Shown here in pieces: positions 13,910 through 27,228 of a stretch of 64,000 nt of DNA (position 1 is the first letter of the stretch; the number at the start of each line of letters is the position of its first letter). Origin of the DNA: Felis catus. Taxonomy: Eukaryota. Made by a program: the position numbers and the translations under genes. Location of the stretch: positions 83,516,001 through 83,580,000 of the forward strand of contig NC_058368.1 in assembly GCF_018350175.1 (NCBI RefSeq), in the 5' to 3' direction. The notes beneath the pieces are model-generated. The model was not told where the DNA came from and did not search any database. It was given only the letters and a program-made list of their open reading frames with translations.

Positions 13910-16900
13910 ATGACTCTAAATCCATATCTTTCTATAATAACACTGAATGTAACTGGACTAAATACTCCAACCAAAACACATGGGGTATCAGAATGGATTA
14001 AAAAAAAAACAAAAAAAAACACAAGATGCATCTAACTGCTGTCTACAAGAGACACATTTTAGACCTGAGGACACCTTCAGATTGAAAATGAGGGGATGGA
14101 GAACTATCTACCATGCTACTGGAAGTCAAAAGAAACCTGGAGTAGCCATACTTCTATCCGACACACTAGACTTTAAATTAAAGGCTGTAACAAGAGATGA
14201 AGAAGGGCATTATATAATAATTACAGGGTCTATCCATCAGGAAGAGCTAACAATTACAATTGTCTATGCATGAAACACGGGAGCCCCCCAAATATATGAA
14301 ACAATTAATCACAAACATAAGCAATCTTATTGATAAGAATGTGGTAATTGCAGGAGACTTTAATACCTCACTTACAACAATGGATAGATCATTTAGACAC
14401 AGGGTCAGTAAAGAAACGGGCCCTGAATGAAACATTGGATCAGATGGATTTGACAGATAAATTTAGAATTCTGTATCGCAAAGCAACAGAATATACTTTC
14501 TTCACGAATGCACATGGAACATTTTCCAAGATAGATCACATACTGGGTCACAAAACAGCCCTTAATAAGTATAAAAGACTTGAAGTCATACTATGCACAC
14601 TTTGAGACAACAATGCTAGGAAACTTGAAATCAACCACAGGAAAAAGTCTGGAAAACCTCCAAAAGCATGGAGGTTAAAGAACACCCTACTAAAGAATGA
14701 ATGGGTCCACCAGGCAATTAGAGAAGAAATTAAAAAATATATGGAAACAAATGAAAATGAAAATACCGCAATGCAAATGCTTTGAGATGCAGCAAAGGCA
14801 GTCCTGAGAGGAAAATACATTGCAGTCGAGGCCTATCTCAAGAAACAATAAAAATCCCAAACACAAAATCTAACAGCACACCTAAAGAAAATAGAAGCAG
14901 AACAGAAAAGACATCCCAAAACCAGCAGAGGAAGAGAAATAATAAAGATCAGAGCAGAAATAAACGATATAGAATCTGAAAACAAAAACAAAAACAAAAA
15001 CTGTAGAGCAGATCAATGAAACGAAGAGTAGGTTTTTTGAAAAAATAAACAAAATTGATAAACCTCTAGCCAGGCTTCTCAAAAAGAAAAGGGAGATCAC
15101 CCAAATAGATAAAATCATGAATGCAAATGGAATTATTACAACCAATCCCTCAGAAACACAAGTAATTATCAGGGAAAACTATGAACGATTATATGCCAAC
15201 AAACTGGACAATCTGGAAGAATGGACAAATTCCTAAGCAACCACCCATTTCCAAAACTCACACAGGAAGAAATACAAAACTTGAACAGACCCATAACCAG
15301 TGAAGAAATTGAATCAGTTATCAAAAATCTCCCAACAAATAAGAGTCCAGGACCAGATGGCTTCCCTGGGGAATTCTAGCAGACATTTAAGGCAGAGATA
15401 ATACCTATCCTATTCAAGCTGTTCCAAAAAATAGAAAGAGAAGGAAAACTTCCAGACTCATTCTATGAAACCAGCATTACTTTGATTCCTAAACCAGAGA
15501 CCCAGCGAAAAAAAAAGAACTACAGGCCAATATCCCTGATGAATATGGATATAAAAGTTCTCAACAATATACTAGCAAATCGAATTTAACAGCATATATA
15601 AAGAATTATTCACCATAATCAAGTGGAATTCATTCCTGGGCTGCAGGTGTGGCTCAACATTTGCAAAACAAAAACAGTGATCCATCATATTGATGAAAGG
15701 AAAGATAAGAACCATATGATCCTGTCAATCGATGCAGAAAAAGCATTTGACAAAATTCAGCACCTTTCTTAATAAAAACCATCGAGAAAGTCGGGATAGA
15801 AGGAACAACCTTAATCATCATAAAATCCATTTATGAAAAGCCCACAGCTAATATCATCCTCAATGGGGAAAAACTGAGAGCTTTCCCCCTGAGATCAGGA
15901 AGATAACAGGGATGTCCACTCTCACCTCTGTTGTTTACCATAGTGTTGGAAGTTCTAGCATCAGCAATCAGACCACAAAAGGAAATCAAAGGCATCCAAA
16001 TTGGCAAAGATGAAGTCAAGCTTTCACTTTTTGCAGATGACATGATAATATACATGAAAAACCTGATAGACTCCACCAAAACTCTGCTAGAACTGATATG
16101 TGAATTCAGCAAAGTCGCAGGATGCAAAATTAATGTACAAAAATCAGTTACATTGTTATACACTAATAATGAAGCAACAGAAAGACAAATAAAGAAACTG
16201 ATCCCATTCACAGTATCACCAAGAATCATAAAATACTTAGAAATAAACCTAATCAAAGATGTAAAAGATCTGTATGCTAAAAACTATAGAAAGCTTATGA
16301 AGGAAATTGAAGAAGATATAAAGGAATAGAAAAATCCATTCTGTGCTAATGCGTTGGAAGAATAAATATTGCTAAAATGTCAATATTACCCAAAGCGATC
16401 TACACATTCAATGCAATTCCAATCAAAATTGCACCAGCATTCTTCTTGAAGCTAGAACAAGTAATCCTACAATTTGTATGAAACCACAAAAGACCCTGAA
16501 TAGCCAAATATTGAAGAAGAAGACCAAAGCGGGAGGCATCACAATCCCAGACTTTAGCCTCTACTACAAAGCTGTAATCATCAAGACAGCATGGTATTGG
16601 CACAAAAACAGACACATAGACCAATAGAATAGAATAGAAACCCCAGAACTAGACCCACAAACGTATGGCCAACTCATCTTTGACAAAGCAGGAAAGAATA
16701 TCTAATGGAAAAAAGACAGTCTCTTTAACAAATGGTACTGGGAAAACTGGACAGCAACATGCAGAAGGATGAAACTAAACCACTTTCTTATACCACACAC
16801 AAAAAGAAACTCAAAATGGATAAAGGACCTGAATGTGAGACAGGAAACCATCAAAACCCTAGAAAAGAAAGCAGGAAAAAACCTCTCTGACCTCAGCCGC

Positions 16901-17760
16901 AGCAATTTCTTACTTGATACATCTCCAAAAGCAAGGGAATTAAAATCCAAAATGAACTATTGGTACCTCATGAAGATAAAAAGCTTCTGCAGAGCAAAGG
17001 AAACAATCAACAAAACTAAAAGGCAACAGACGGGATGGGAAAACATATTTGCAAATTACATATTGGACAAAGGGGTAGTATCCAAAATCTATAAAGAACT
17101 CACCAAACTCCACACCTGATAAACAAATAATGCAGTGAACAAATGGGCAGAAGACATGAATAGACACTTATCTAAAGAAGACATCCAGATGGCCAACAGT
17201 CATATGAAAAGATGTTCAACGTCGCTCCTCATCAGGGAAATCAAAACCGCACTGAGATACCACCTCACGCCAGTCAGTGGCTAAAATGAACAACCCAGGA
17301 GACTATAGGTGCTGGAGAGGGTGTTAAGCAATGGGATTCTTCTTGCACTGTTGGTGAGAATGCAAACTTGTGCAGCCGCTCCTGAAAACAGTGTGGTGGT
17401 TTCTCAAAAAATTGAAAATAGAACTACCCTATGACCCAGCAAAAACACTGTTAGGAATTTACCCAACGGATACAGGAATGCTGATGCATAGGGGTACTTG
17501 TACCCCAATGTTTATAGCAGCATTTTCAACAGTAGCCAAGTTATGGGAAGAGCCTAAATGTCCATCAATTGATGAATGGATAAAGACATTGTGGTTTATA
17601 TACACAATGGAATACTATTTGGCAGTGAGAAAGCATGAAATATGGGCTTTTGTAGCAACGTGGATGAAACTGGAGAGTGTTATGCTAAGTGAAATTAGTC
17701 ATACAGAGAAAGATACCATATGTTTTCACTCTTATGTGGATCCTGAGAAACTTAACAGAA
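13910..17760 (+). pseudogene. L1 ORF2p (endonuclease/reverse transcriptase), disrupted
   Basis: [54 protein letters not shown]; broken into many short ORFs. Confidence 0.92.
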
Positions 17761-17989
17761 GACCATGGGGGAGGGGAAGGAAAAAAAAAGTGAGAGGGAG
17801 GGAGCCAAACCATAAGAGACTCTTAAAAACTGAGTACAAACTGAGAGGTGATGTGGGGTTGGAGGGTGGGGAGGGTGGGTGATGGGTATTGAAGAGGGCA
17901 CCTATTGGGATGAGCACTGGGTGTTGTATGGAAACCAATTTGACAATAAATTTCATATTAAAAAAAAAGAAAGAAAAACATTCCTCTAA

Positions 17990-18740
17990 CCCCTTAAAAT
18001 TCTCAAGAGATAATTATCTGCTAAACAGAGGAAATTACTGAAGTTTTCTCCAAGTGGTTAACCTTTTTCTATCCTTAACTTCATAGGACATTCTCCACCA
18101 CTCCATTGAATCCTCTCTGTCAAGAACAAAAAAAAAGACTATTAATTTCCCTATCACACCATACTCCCCTGGGCGTTCTACCTCTTTTCTATTCCTTTAT
18201 TATCACCTACTTCTTCCACGGCTTGGCATTTATCCATTGAAATATTTTGACCTATTATTTAGTTCTTTCTTTTGTATGTATACAGTCCCTCCCTAGTTGA
18301 TCTCCTAATCATTATGTACCATCTGCTTATCAATGACTCCTAAAATCCATGTTCACACTTAACAACTCAAATGATATACAAACTAAAATATCTAGCTTCT
18401 TTTCTGAAATTTCCACTTATATATTCAATAGATATTTCAAACTTAATATTTCAACTTCACTGTCCAGTCTTCTGAATACACCTTCCCCATTTCAGCACAC
18501 CTGCTATTCTGCCTACCTGGGAGCCTCTTTACCTGGATTTTCCAATGCCTGGCTCTTTTAATGCCCAAATAGAATCTCCCTTAAAGGGAGAGAGTCTCCT
18601 TAAAGGAAGAGAATAGTCTCCTTAAAGGAAGGAAAGTCCTTCCTTAAACATGGTAGCTTCAGTAGTCCTCCACTGATCTCCATTATCACACTGTGTTATT
18701 GTATTTCTTGTCTACGGTTCATTATATCACGTTATATTTT
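17990..18740 (+). mobile_element. L2 relic
   Basis: 'taccatctgcttatcaatgactcctaaaatccat...atattcaatagatatttcaaacttaatatttc' resembles L2; L2-like 3' end resumes at ~25715-26040. Confidence 0.55.
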
Positions 18741-18744
18741 CCGA

Positions 18745-19150
18745 GTTTTAAGACATAATTGACACATAGCATTCTATTAGTTAAGACAATGAGCTAGAAC
18801 TAATGGTGTACAACACAATGAGCTAGAACTTTGCCCTTGTTAAAATGGCTGTCATCAAAAAGGAGATAACAAGTGTTGTCAAGGGCACCCTTGTGCAGTA
18901 TTTGGAGAATGTAAACTGGTTCAGCCACTATAGAAAACAAGATAAATTTCCTCAAAAATTAAAACAATAATATTTCCATTTCTACTTCTGGAAACATATC
19001 CAAAGGAAACAAAATCACTGATGTGGAAAAGAGCCCTGTATCTCCATGTTTATTGAAACATTGGTCACAAAACCAAGGCATGGAAGCAATTTAAGCGGTC
19101 ATTGATGGATTAATGGATAAAGAAAATATGATATATATTTAATATGAGTT
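18745..19150. mobile_element. Old L1 fragment: short minus-strand 3' tail joined to plus-strand ORF2 end
   Basis: 'ataattgacacatagcattctattagtt..ggtgtacaaca' (minus tail), then 'acaatgag..aaaatggctgtcatcaaaaag..aacaagtgttg..atggataaagaaaatatg' (plus). Confidence 0.6.
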
Positions 19151-19529
19151 ATATTTTAACTTTTTTGAATATTTATTTATTTTTGTTTAATTTATATCCA
19201 AGTTAGTTAGCATATAGTGCAACAATGATTTAAGGAATAGATTTCTTAATGCCCCTTACCCATTTAGCTTATCTCCCCTCCAACAACCCCTCCAGTAACC
19301 CTCTGTTTGTTCTCCATATTTAAGGGTCTTATGTTTTTGCCTTCTTCCCTGTTTTTATATTATTTTTGCTTCCCTTCCTTTATGTTCATCTGTTTTTATC
19401 TTAAATTCCTTATGTGAATGAAGTCATATGATATTTGTCTTTCTCTGACTGATGAATTTCGCTTAGCATAAGCATTAGCATTGGCAACTTAGTAGTTGCC
19501 AATGGCAAGATTTCATTCTTTTTTTTTGA

Positions 19530-19984
19530 TATATATTTTTATTTCTTTTATTTTAATTTTTAAATTTACATAAAAATAGTTAGCATATAGTGCAACAATG
19601 ATTTCAGGAGTAGATTTCTTAGTGCCACTTACCCATTTAGCCCATCCCCTCTCCCACAACTCCTCTAGTAACCCTGTTTGTTCTCCATATTTTTGAGTCT
19701 CTTATGTTTTGTCCTCCTCCCTGTTTTTATATTGTTTTTGTTTCCCTTCCCTTAAGTTCATATGTTTTGTCTCTTAAAGTCCTCATATGAGTGAAGTCAT
19801 ATGATATTTATTTTTGTCTGACTGACTAATTTCACTTCACATAATACTTTCCAGTTCCATCCACGTAGTTGCAAATGGCAAGATTTCTCTTTTTGATTGC
19901 CAAGTAATACTCAATTGTGTGTGTGTGTGTGTATATATATATACACACAAAAGTATATATATATATATATATATATATGGTGTG

Positions 19985-20037
<53 letters not shown>

Positions 20038-21505
20038 ACATCTTCTTTATCCATTTATCCATTGATGGATATTTTAGCTCTTTCCATACTTGGCTATTGT
20101 TGATAGTGCTGCTATAAATATGGGGGGGGGTGCATGTGTCTCTTCCAAACAACAAACCTGTATCCCTTGGATAAATACTTAGTAGTGCAATTGCTGGGTC
20201 GTAGGGTAGTTCTATTTTTAGTTTTTTGAGGAACCTCCATATTGTTTTACAGAGTGGATGCACCAACTTGCATTGCCACCAACAATATAAAAGGTATCCT
20301 CGTTCTCCGCATCCTTGCCAACATCTGTTGTTGCCTGAGTTGTTAATGTTAGCCATTCTGACAGGTGTAAGGTGGTATCTCATTGTGGTCTTGATTTGTA
20401 TTTCCTTGATGATGAGTGATGTCAAGAATTTTTTCATGTGTCAGTTGGCCATCTGGATGTCTTCCTTGGAGAAGTGTCTATGCATGTCTTATGCCCATTT
20501 CTTCACTGGATTATTTGTTTTTTGGGGTGTTGAGTTTGATAAGTTCTTTATAGATTTTGGATACTAGCCCTTTATCTGATACGTCATTTACAAATATCTT
20601 CTCGCATTCTGTCCATTGCCTTTTAGTTTTGCTGATTGTTTCCTTCACTGTGCAGAAGGCTTTTGTTGTGATGAGATCCCAGAAGTTCATTTTTGCTTTT
20701 GTTTCCCTTGCCTCCAGAGACATGTTGAATAAGAAATTGCTGCAGCCATGATCAAAGAGGTTTTTGCCTGCTTTCTCTTCGAGGATTTTGATGGCTTCCT
20801 GTCTTTCATCCGTTTTGAGTTTATTTTTGTGTATGGTGTAAGAAAGTGGTCCAGTTTCATTCTTCTGCATGCTGCTGTCGTTTTCCCAGCACCACTTGCT
20901 GAAGAGACTGTCTTTATTCCATTGGATATTCTTTCCTGCTTTGTCAAAGATGAGTTGGCCATACGTTTGTGGGTCCATTTCTGGGTTCTCTATTCTGTTG
21001 CATTGATCTGAGTGTCTGTTCTTGTGCTGGTATCATACTGTACCAGCTTTGTAGTATAGCTTGAAGTCTAAGATTGTGATGCCTCCTGCTTTGGTTTTCT
21101 TTTTCAAGATTGCTTTGGCTATTGGGGGTCTTTTCTGGTTCCATACAAATTTTAGGATTATTTGTTCTAGCTCTGTGAAGAATAATGGTGTTATTGTGAT
21201 AGGGATTTCATTGACTATGTAGATTGCTTTGGGTAGTATCAAAATTTAACAATATTTGTTCTTCCTATCCAGGAGCATGGAATATTTTTTTTCCTATTTT
21301 GAATGTGTCTTCTTCAGTTTCTTTCATCAGCTTTCTATAGTTTTCAGTGTATAGATTTTTCACGTCTTTGGTTAGATTTATTTCTAGGTATTTTATGGTT
21401 TTTGTGCAACTGCAAATGGGATTGATTCCTTGATTTCTTTTACTGTCGCTTCATTTTTGGTGTATAGGAATGCAACCGATTTCTGTGTGTTGATTTTATA
21501 TCCTG
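19530..21505 (-). mobile_element. 5'-truncated L1 (~2 kb) nested in the 3' region of the host L1, same orientation
   Basis: Second complete 3'UTR copy, then contiguous ORF2 C-terminus (201-aa ORF 19832-20437); host sequence resumes at ~21510. Confidence 0.85.
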
Positions 21506-21627
21506 ATTTTATATGTGGTGTATATATGTATATACCCTATATACATATATACATAACATCTTCTTTACCCATTCACCCATCTATGGATATTTGAGCTCTT
21601 TCCATACTTTGGACTTTGGCTATTGTT

Positions 21628-21860
21628 TTTTTTTTTTTTTAATTTTTTTTTTCAACGTTTTTTTATTTATTTTTTGGGACAGAGAGAGACAGAGCATGAA
21701 CGGGGGAGGGGCAGAGAGAGAGGGAGACACAGAATCGGAAACAGGCTCCAGGCTCCGAGCCATCAGCCCAGAGCCCGACGCGGGGCTCGAACTCACGGAC
21801 CGCGAGATCGTGACCTGGCTGAAGTCGGACGCTTAACGGACTGCGCCACCCAGGCGCCCC
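21628..21860 (-). mobile_element. Very young Can-SINE
   Basis: CpGs intact, long A-tail, perfect 17-bp TSD ggactttggctattgtt at 21611-21627 and 21861-21877. Confidence 0.97.
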
Positions 21861-24800
21861 GGACTTTGGCTATTGTTGATTGTGCTGCTGTAAACATTGG
21901 GGTGCATGTGCCCCTTCGAAACAGCACACTTGTATCCCTTGGAAAAATACCTAGTAGTGCATTTGCTGGGTCACGGTGTAATTCTGTTTTTAATATTTTG
22001 AAGAACCTCCATACTGTTTTCTGGAGTGACTGTACTAGTTTGCATTCCTACCAGCAGTGCAAAAGAAATCCTCCTCCCCCCCCCCCGACTGCATCCTCGC
22101 CAACATCTGTTGTTCCTGAGTTGTTAATGTTAGCCATTCTTACAGGTGTGATGTGATATCTCATTGTGGTTTTGAGTTGTATTTCCCTGATGATGAGTGA
22201 AGTTGAGCATTTTTTCATGTGTCAGTTAGCCATCTGGATGTCTTCTTTGGAGAAGTGTCTCTTCATGTCTTTTGCCCATTTCTTTACTGGATTATTTATT
22301 TTTTGGCATGTTGAGTTTGATAAGTTCTTTATAGACTTAGGGTGAAAGATCTCAATATTTCCTCATTAAAGATAATATTAGTATTGGGTTATCATATATG
22401 GCTTTATGATTGTGATGTATCATCCTTCTATCTCTACTTTCTTAAGGGTTTTTATCAAAAAAGGATGATGCATTTTCTCAAAAGCTTTCTCTGTATCTAT
22501 TGAGAGGATCATGTGGTTCTTGTACTTTATTTTATTCGTGTGGTGAATCACATTGATTATTTTATAGATATTCAACCAGTCCTGTATCCCAGATGTAAGT
22601 CCTAGTTGGTCATGGTGAATAATTCTTTTAATGTATTGTTGGATTTTGTTGTCTAATATCTTGTTGAGGATTATTGCATTCATGTTCATCAGGGAAATTG
22701 TTTTATAGTTCTCCTTTCTAGTGTTTTTTTTTTTTTTTTTTGGTCTTGTTTAGGAATCAAGGTAATTCTGGCTTCATAGAAAGGACTTGGAACTTTTCCT
22801 TCCATTTCTATTTTTTTGGAACAGCTTCAAGAGAATAGATGTAAACTCTTCCTTACATGCTTGATAGAATTCCTCTGGAAAGCCATCTGGTTCTGGACTC
22901 TTGTTTTGGGGGAATTTTTCATTACTAATTCTATTTCTTTACTTGTAATGGGTGTGTTCAAATTTTATATTTCTTCCTGTTTCAATTTTGGTATTTTATA
23001 TGTTTCTAGGAATTTGTCCACTTTTTTCAGATTGCCCATTTTATTGGTGTATAACTGCTCACAATATTCTCCTATTGTTGCTTTTATTTCTACCCTGTTG
23101 GTTGTGGTCTCTCCTCTTTCATTCTTGATTTTATTTATTTGAGTCCTTTCTTTTTTCTTTTTGATCAAACTGGCTAGTGGTTTATCAATTTTATTGTTTC
23201 AAAGAACCAGCTTCTGGTTTCATTGATCTGTTCTACTGCTGCTTTATGTTTGTTTGTTTTTGTTTTTGTTTCAATAGCATTGGTTTCTGCTCTAATCTTT
23301 ATTATTTTGTGTATTCTGATGGCTTTTGGTTTTATTTGTTGTTCTTTTTCCAGATCTTTGAGGTGTAAGGTTACGTTGCGTATTTGAGACATTTGTTCCT
23401 TCCTTAGGAAGGCCTGGATTGCTATATGCATCCCTCTTATAACCACCTTTCCTGAGTCCCAGAGGTTTTGGGCTTTGGTTTTATAATTTTCATTGGGTTC
23501 CATGTACTTTTTAATTTCCTCCTTAACTTCCTGGTTAACCCATTCATTCTTTAGTTGATGTTCTTTATTCTCCAAGTATTTGTTACCTTTACAATTTTTT
23601 TCTTGGGGCTGATAACGCTTTCATAGAGTTGTGGTTTGAAAACATGTGTGGTATGATTTTGATAATTTTTTACTTGTTGAGGGCTGATTTCTGTCTCAGT
23701 AGGTGACCTATTCTGGAGAATTTCCATGTGCACTGAGAAGAATGTATATTCTGCTGCTTTATAAGGAAATGTTCTGAATATATCTGTTAAGTCCATCTGG
23801 TCCAGTGTGTCATTCAAAACCATTGTTTCTTTGTTGATTTTCTGTTTAGATGATCTGTCCATTGCTATAAGTGGGGTGTTGAAGTCCTCTACTATTACAG
23901 TATTACTATCAAGGAGTTTCTTTATGTTTGTGATTAATTGATTTATATATTTCGGTGTTTTCACGTTTGGAGCTTAAATGTTTGCAATTGTTATGTCTTC
24001 TTGGTGGATAGACCACTTATATGATAAAATGCCCTTCCTCATCTCTTATTACAGTCTTTATCTTAAAGTCTAGATTGTTTGATATATGTATGACTACTCC
24101 AGCATTCTTTTGTCGACCATTAGCATGAGAGATGGTTCTCCATCCCTTTACTTTCAATCTAAAGATGTCTTTGGGTCTAAAGTGGGTCTCTTATAAACAG
24201 CATATAGATGGATCTTGTTTTCTTATCCATTCTGTTACCCTATGCTTTTGATTGGAGCGTTTGTCCATTGACATTTCAAGTGAGTACTAAAAGGTATGAG
24301 TTTATTGCCATCATGTTTCTTGTAGAGTTGGAGTTTCTGGCGTTGCTTTCTGGCCCTTTCTAGTCTTTGTTGCTATTGTTTTTATGTGTTTTTTTTTCTC
24401 CCCTCAGAGAGTCCCCCTTAAAATTTCTTGTAGGGCTGCTTTAGTGGTCATGAACTCCTTTAATTTCTCTTTGTCTGGGAAACTTTTAATCTTTCCTTCT
24501 ATTTTGGATGACAGCCTTGCTCAATAAAGAATTCTTGGCTGCATATTTTTCTGATTCAGCACATTGACTATCCTGCCATTCCTTTCTGGCCTGCCAAATT
24601 TCTGTGGATAGGTTTTGCCACAAACCTGATCTGTCTTCCCTTGTAGGTTAGGGACTGTTTTTCCCTTGCTGCTTTCATGATTCTCTCCTTGCCTGAGTAT
24701 TTTGTGAACTTGATTATGATATGCCCTGTTGATGGTTGATTTTTGTTCAATCGAGTGGGGGTCCTCTGTGCTTCCTGGATTTTGATATCTGTGTCTTCCC

Positions 24801-27228
24801 CCAGGTTAGGAAAGTTTTATGCTATGATTTGCTTACATAACGCTTCTATCCTCATTTCTCTCTCTTCCTCTTCTGGGACCCCTATGATTCTGATGTTGTT
24901 CCTTTTAATGAGTCACTGATTTCTCTAATTCTTAAATCACGCTTTTTTGCCTTCATCTCCCTTTTTTTATGCTTCATTGTTCTCCATAATTTTGTCCTCT
25001 ATATCACTGATTTTCTGCTCTGTCTCATCTATCCTTGCCACCATGGCATCAATTCGAGATTGCAGCTCAGTTATAACATTTTTTATTTCATCTTGACTAG
25101 TTTTACTTCTTTTATCTCCTGAGAAAGGGATTCTAATATATTTTTGACTCCACCTAGTAGTATTCTTATCGTGATTCTAAATTCTGGTTCAGATTTCTTG
25201 CTTGTATCTGTGTTGTTGAAGTCCCTGGCTTTCATTTCTTCCTGCTCTTTCTTTTGGGGTGAATTCCTTTGTTTCATTATTTTTAAGGAAGAAGAGAAAT
25301 TGATAAGGTAAAAATATAAAATTAAATTAAAAATTAAAAACAACACACACACACACACACACACAAAATCAAATAAATGATGCCAGATTCTAGATGGGTC
25401 TGTGTCTGGTTATTGAAAGGAGTTTGATAGATTAGAGAAAAAGGGGAAAAAAGGAAAACATTTGAAAATTTGTGAAAATGAATGCAATGAACTAGAATAA
25501 AATAAAATGTTGGATGTAAAACAGAACTTGAAAAATTTACAAAAAATAAAAAAATATAGTAGAAAAATAAAGAAAAATGTTTTGAATAAAAATTGAAAAT
25601 AAAAATAATTTTTCCTTTTTCTGTATTCAAGAAGAAGAAAAGAAACAATAAAGAAAAAAATTGAACAGATGAACTAGCTAAAAGACTGAAATACAATTGA
25701 AATTATATCAAGTTTATTGTATGTCACAATTTATTTATCTATGTCACCACCAGTGAGCTTTTGAATAGCTTCTATTTTTTTTTTTCTGTTACTATATATC
25801 TTTTGGTAAAGATTATGAATACATGTTTGTTAGAAATTCACCTGAGTGTGTTTATTCTGTGGTGCAGTGTTCAGCTTTAGTCACTGTTGCTTCATACCAT
25901 GGCTTGATTGCTTGTTTGTATTTTATTTTTATTGCTTTCCCCCATTGGAATGTAAACTTTTTTGAGTATAGGTGCTTTATCTATCTTGCTCACAGCTATG
26001 ATGAACAAATGAATGCCTGGACAAATGAGTGAGAAAGCTATATCTGAAAGATATAGTGTTCAATCAACCACATTTCTTTTTTGCAATCCAGTGAACTAAT
26101 TTAAAATGTTACCATACAGAATTCCCTCACTTCCCTGATCCTCACTGTCATCATCTGTAATTACAACTCTTGTATGTGCTTTATTTTTATGAAGTTATTA
26201 GATGATGATGAATGTATGTGAATTTTTAAGTTTTAGAGAGATTAGTGTGATTGATTATGATTATTAATAATTTCATAAAGTAACCCCTATGATACTTAAG
26301 TAAACTTCTTATATAATCAAATGCAACATTGAAAATGATTTGCTGTACACTTATTGTCCTCAGTTATTGGATCATGGGGAGCATGAATATGGAATATAAA
26401 CAAACTTCTACTATCCAAATGTTGTATGGTTAACCCTGATGACATTGTGACATATTTGAAAATTCACTTTGGTATCCTCCCAAACCATACTCCTGTATGT
26501 TTAGTAAATGTTTAGGCATATAATATACTCAGGTTGCCTTTTTTGGGGCAAGGTTCTTTGCTCTCATCCACGAATGTTAACTTATCTGACAAATAGTTTT
26601 CACTTATGTGTTGCAAATAAAAGTTAAATACTACATTTCTACTTAAAGTAAAACATGCCTAATTATTGCAGGAGTATAATGGCTATTAAAAAAAAACAAA
26701 ACTATATTCAGTGACTCTTCCTACCAATTGAAAAACTGGAACAAACAGAGAGCTACACAACTATCTTCCTAAAGGCTATGTCAGGTATTAGTCTTCAAAA
26801 TAGAGAAGATAATATTTCTCTTATATTTAGACAGTAAGTATAATTATACAGGAGTATCACATATACAGAAATTACCATCCTCCCTCCTGCACTCTTCAAC
26901 ACAGTTCATGCAATTTAAAATTGCATGCAATTTATTTTTATCTCTAAAACATAAAAAATTCAAGCAAGATTTTTTTTATTTCTTAAAAACACTGGGCATT
27001 TATTTTGAATGCAAGTGAACAGGTCATAATAAATGGAAGATATAAGAAAGGAAAGAAGAGATGAAGGAATGAAGATTAAGAGGATACATTTCTTATATTG
27101 CTCTTTTTCTTTTCCTTTTTCTTCTTCTGCACAATTAAACCTTCCCTCCAGGTTAATCCTTCATTAAGAGCATGGCCACAATGTCCACAAAGGCTCCTAT
27201 TTGTCATCCACATGAGAAGAAGACATTG

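Larger units (their letters stand above)
12001..17978 (+). mobile_element. Full-length disabled LINE-1 (lineage A, ~0.95 kb 5'UTR)
   Basis: 5' end with AAGATGG (YY1-type) motif, GC-rich 5'UTR, ORF1, ORF2 (EN, RT with LFADDMI, C-terminal domain), G-rich 3'UTR, AATAAA and poly(A). Confidence 0.97.
19160..25715 (-). mobile_element. Near full-length L1 (lineage B), truncated in the 5'UTR, ~1.2 kb ORF2 deletion at ~22335, hosting a nested L1 and a SINE
   Basis: 3'UTR at 19160-19520; ORF2 and ORF1 fragments (MKQRNSPQKKEQEEM..); T-rich 5'UTR matching 52800-53270. Confidence 0.92.

Noticed and set aside
12001..17978. Possibly active L1 (also 51502-58432)
   Set aside because: Both ORFs are fragmented by many stops and frameshifts
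18575..18648. Palindromic repeats resembling a mini CRISPR array
   Set aside because: Spacers only a few bases, no cas genes, mammalian context
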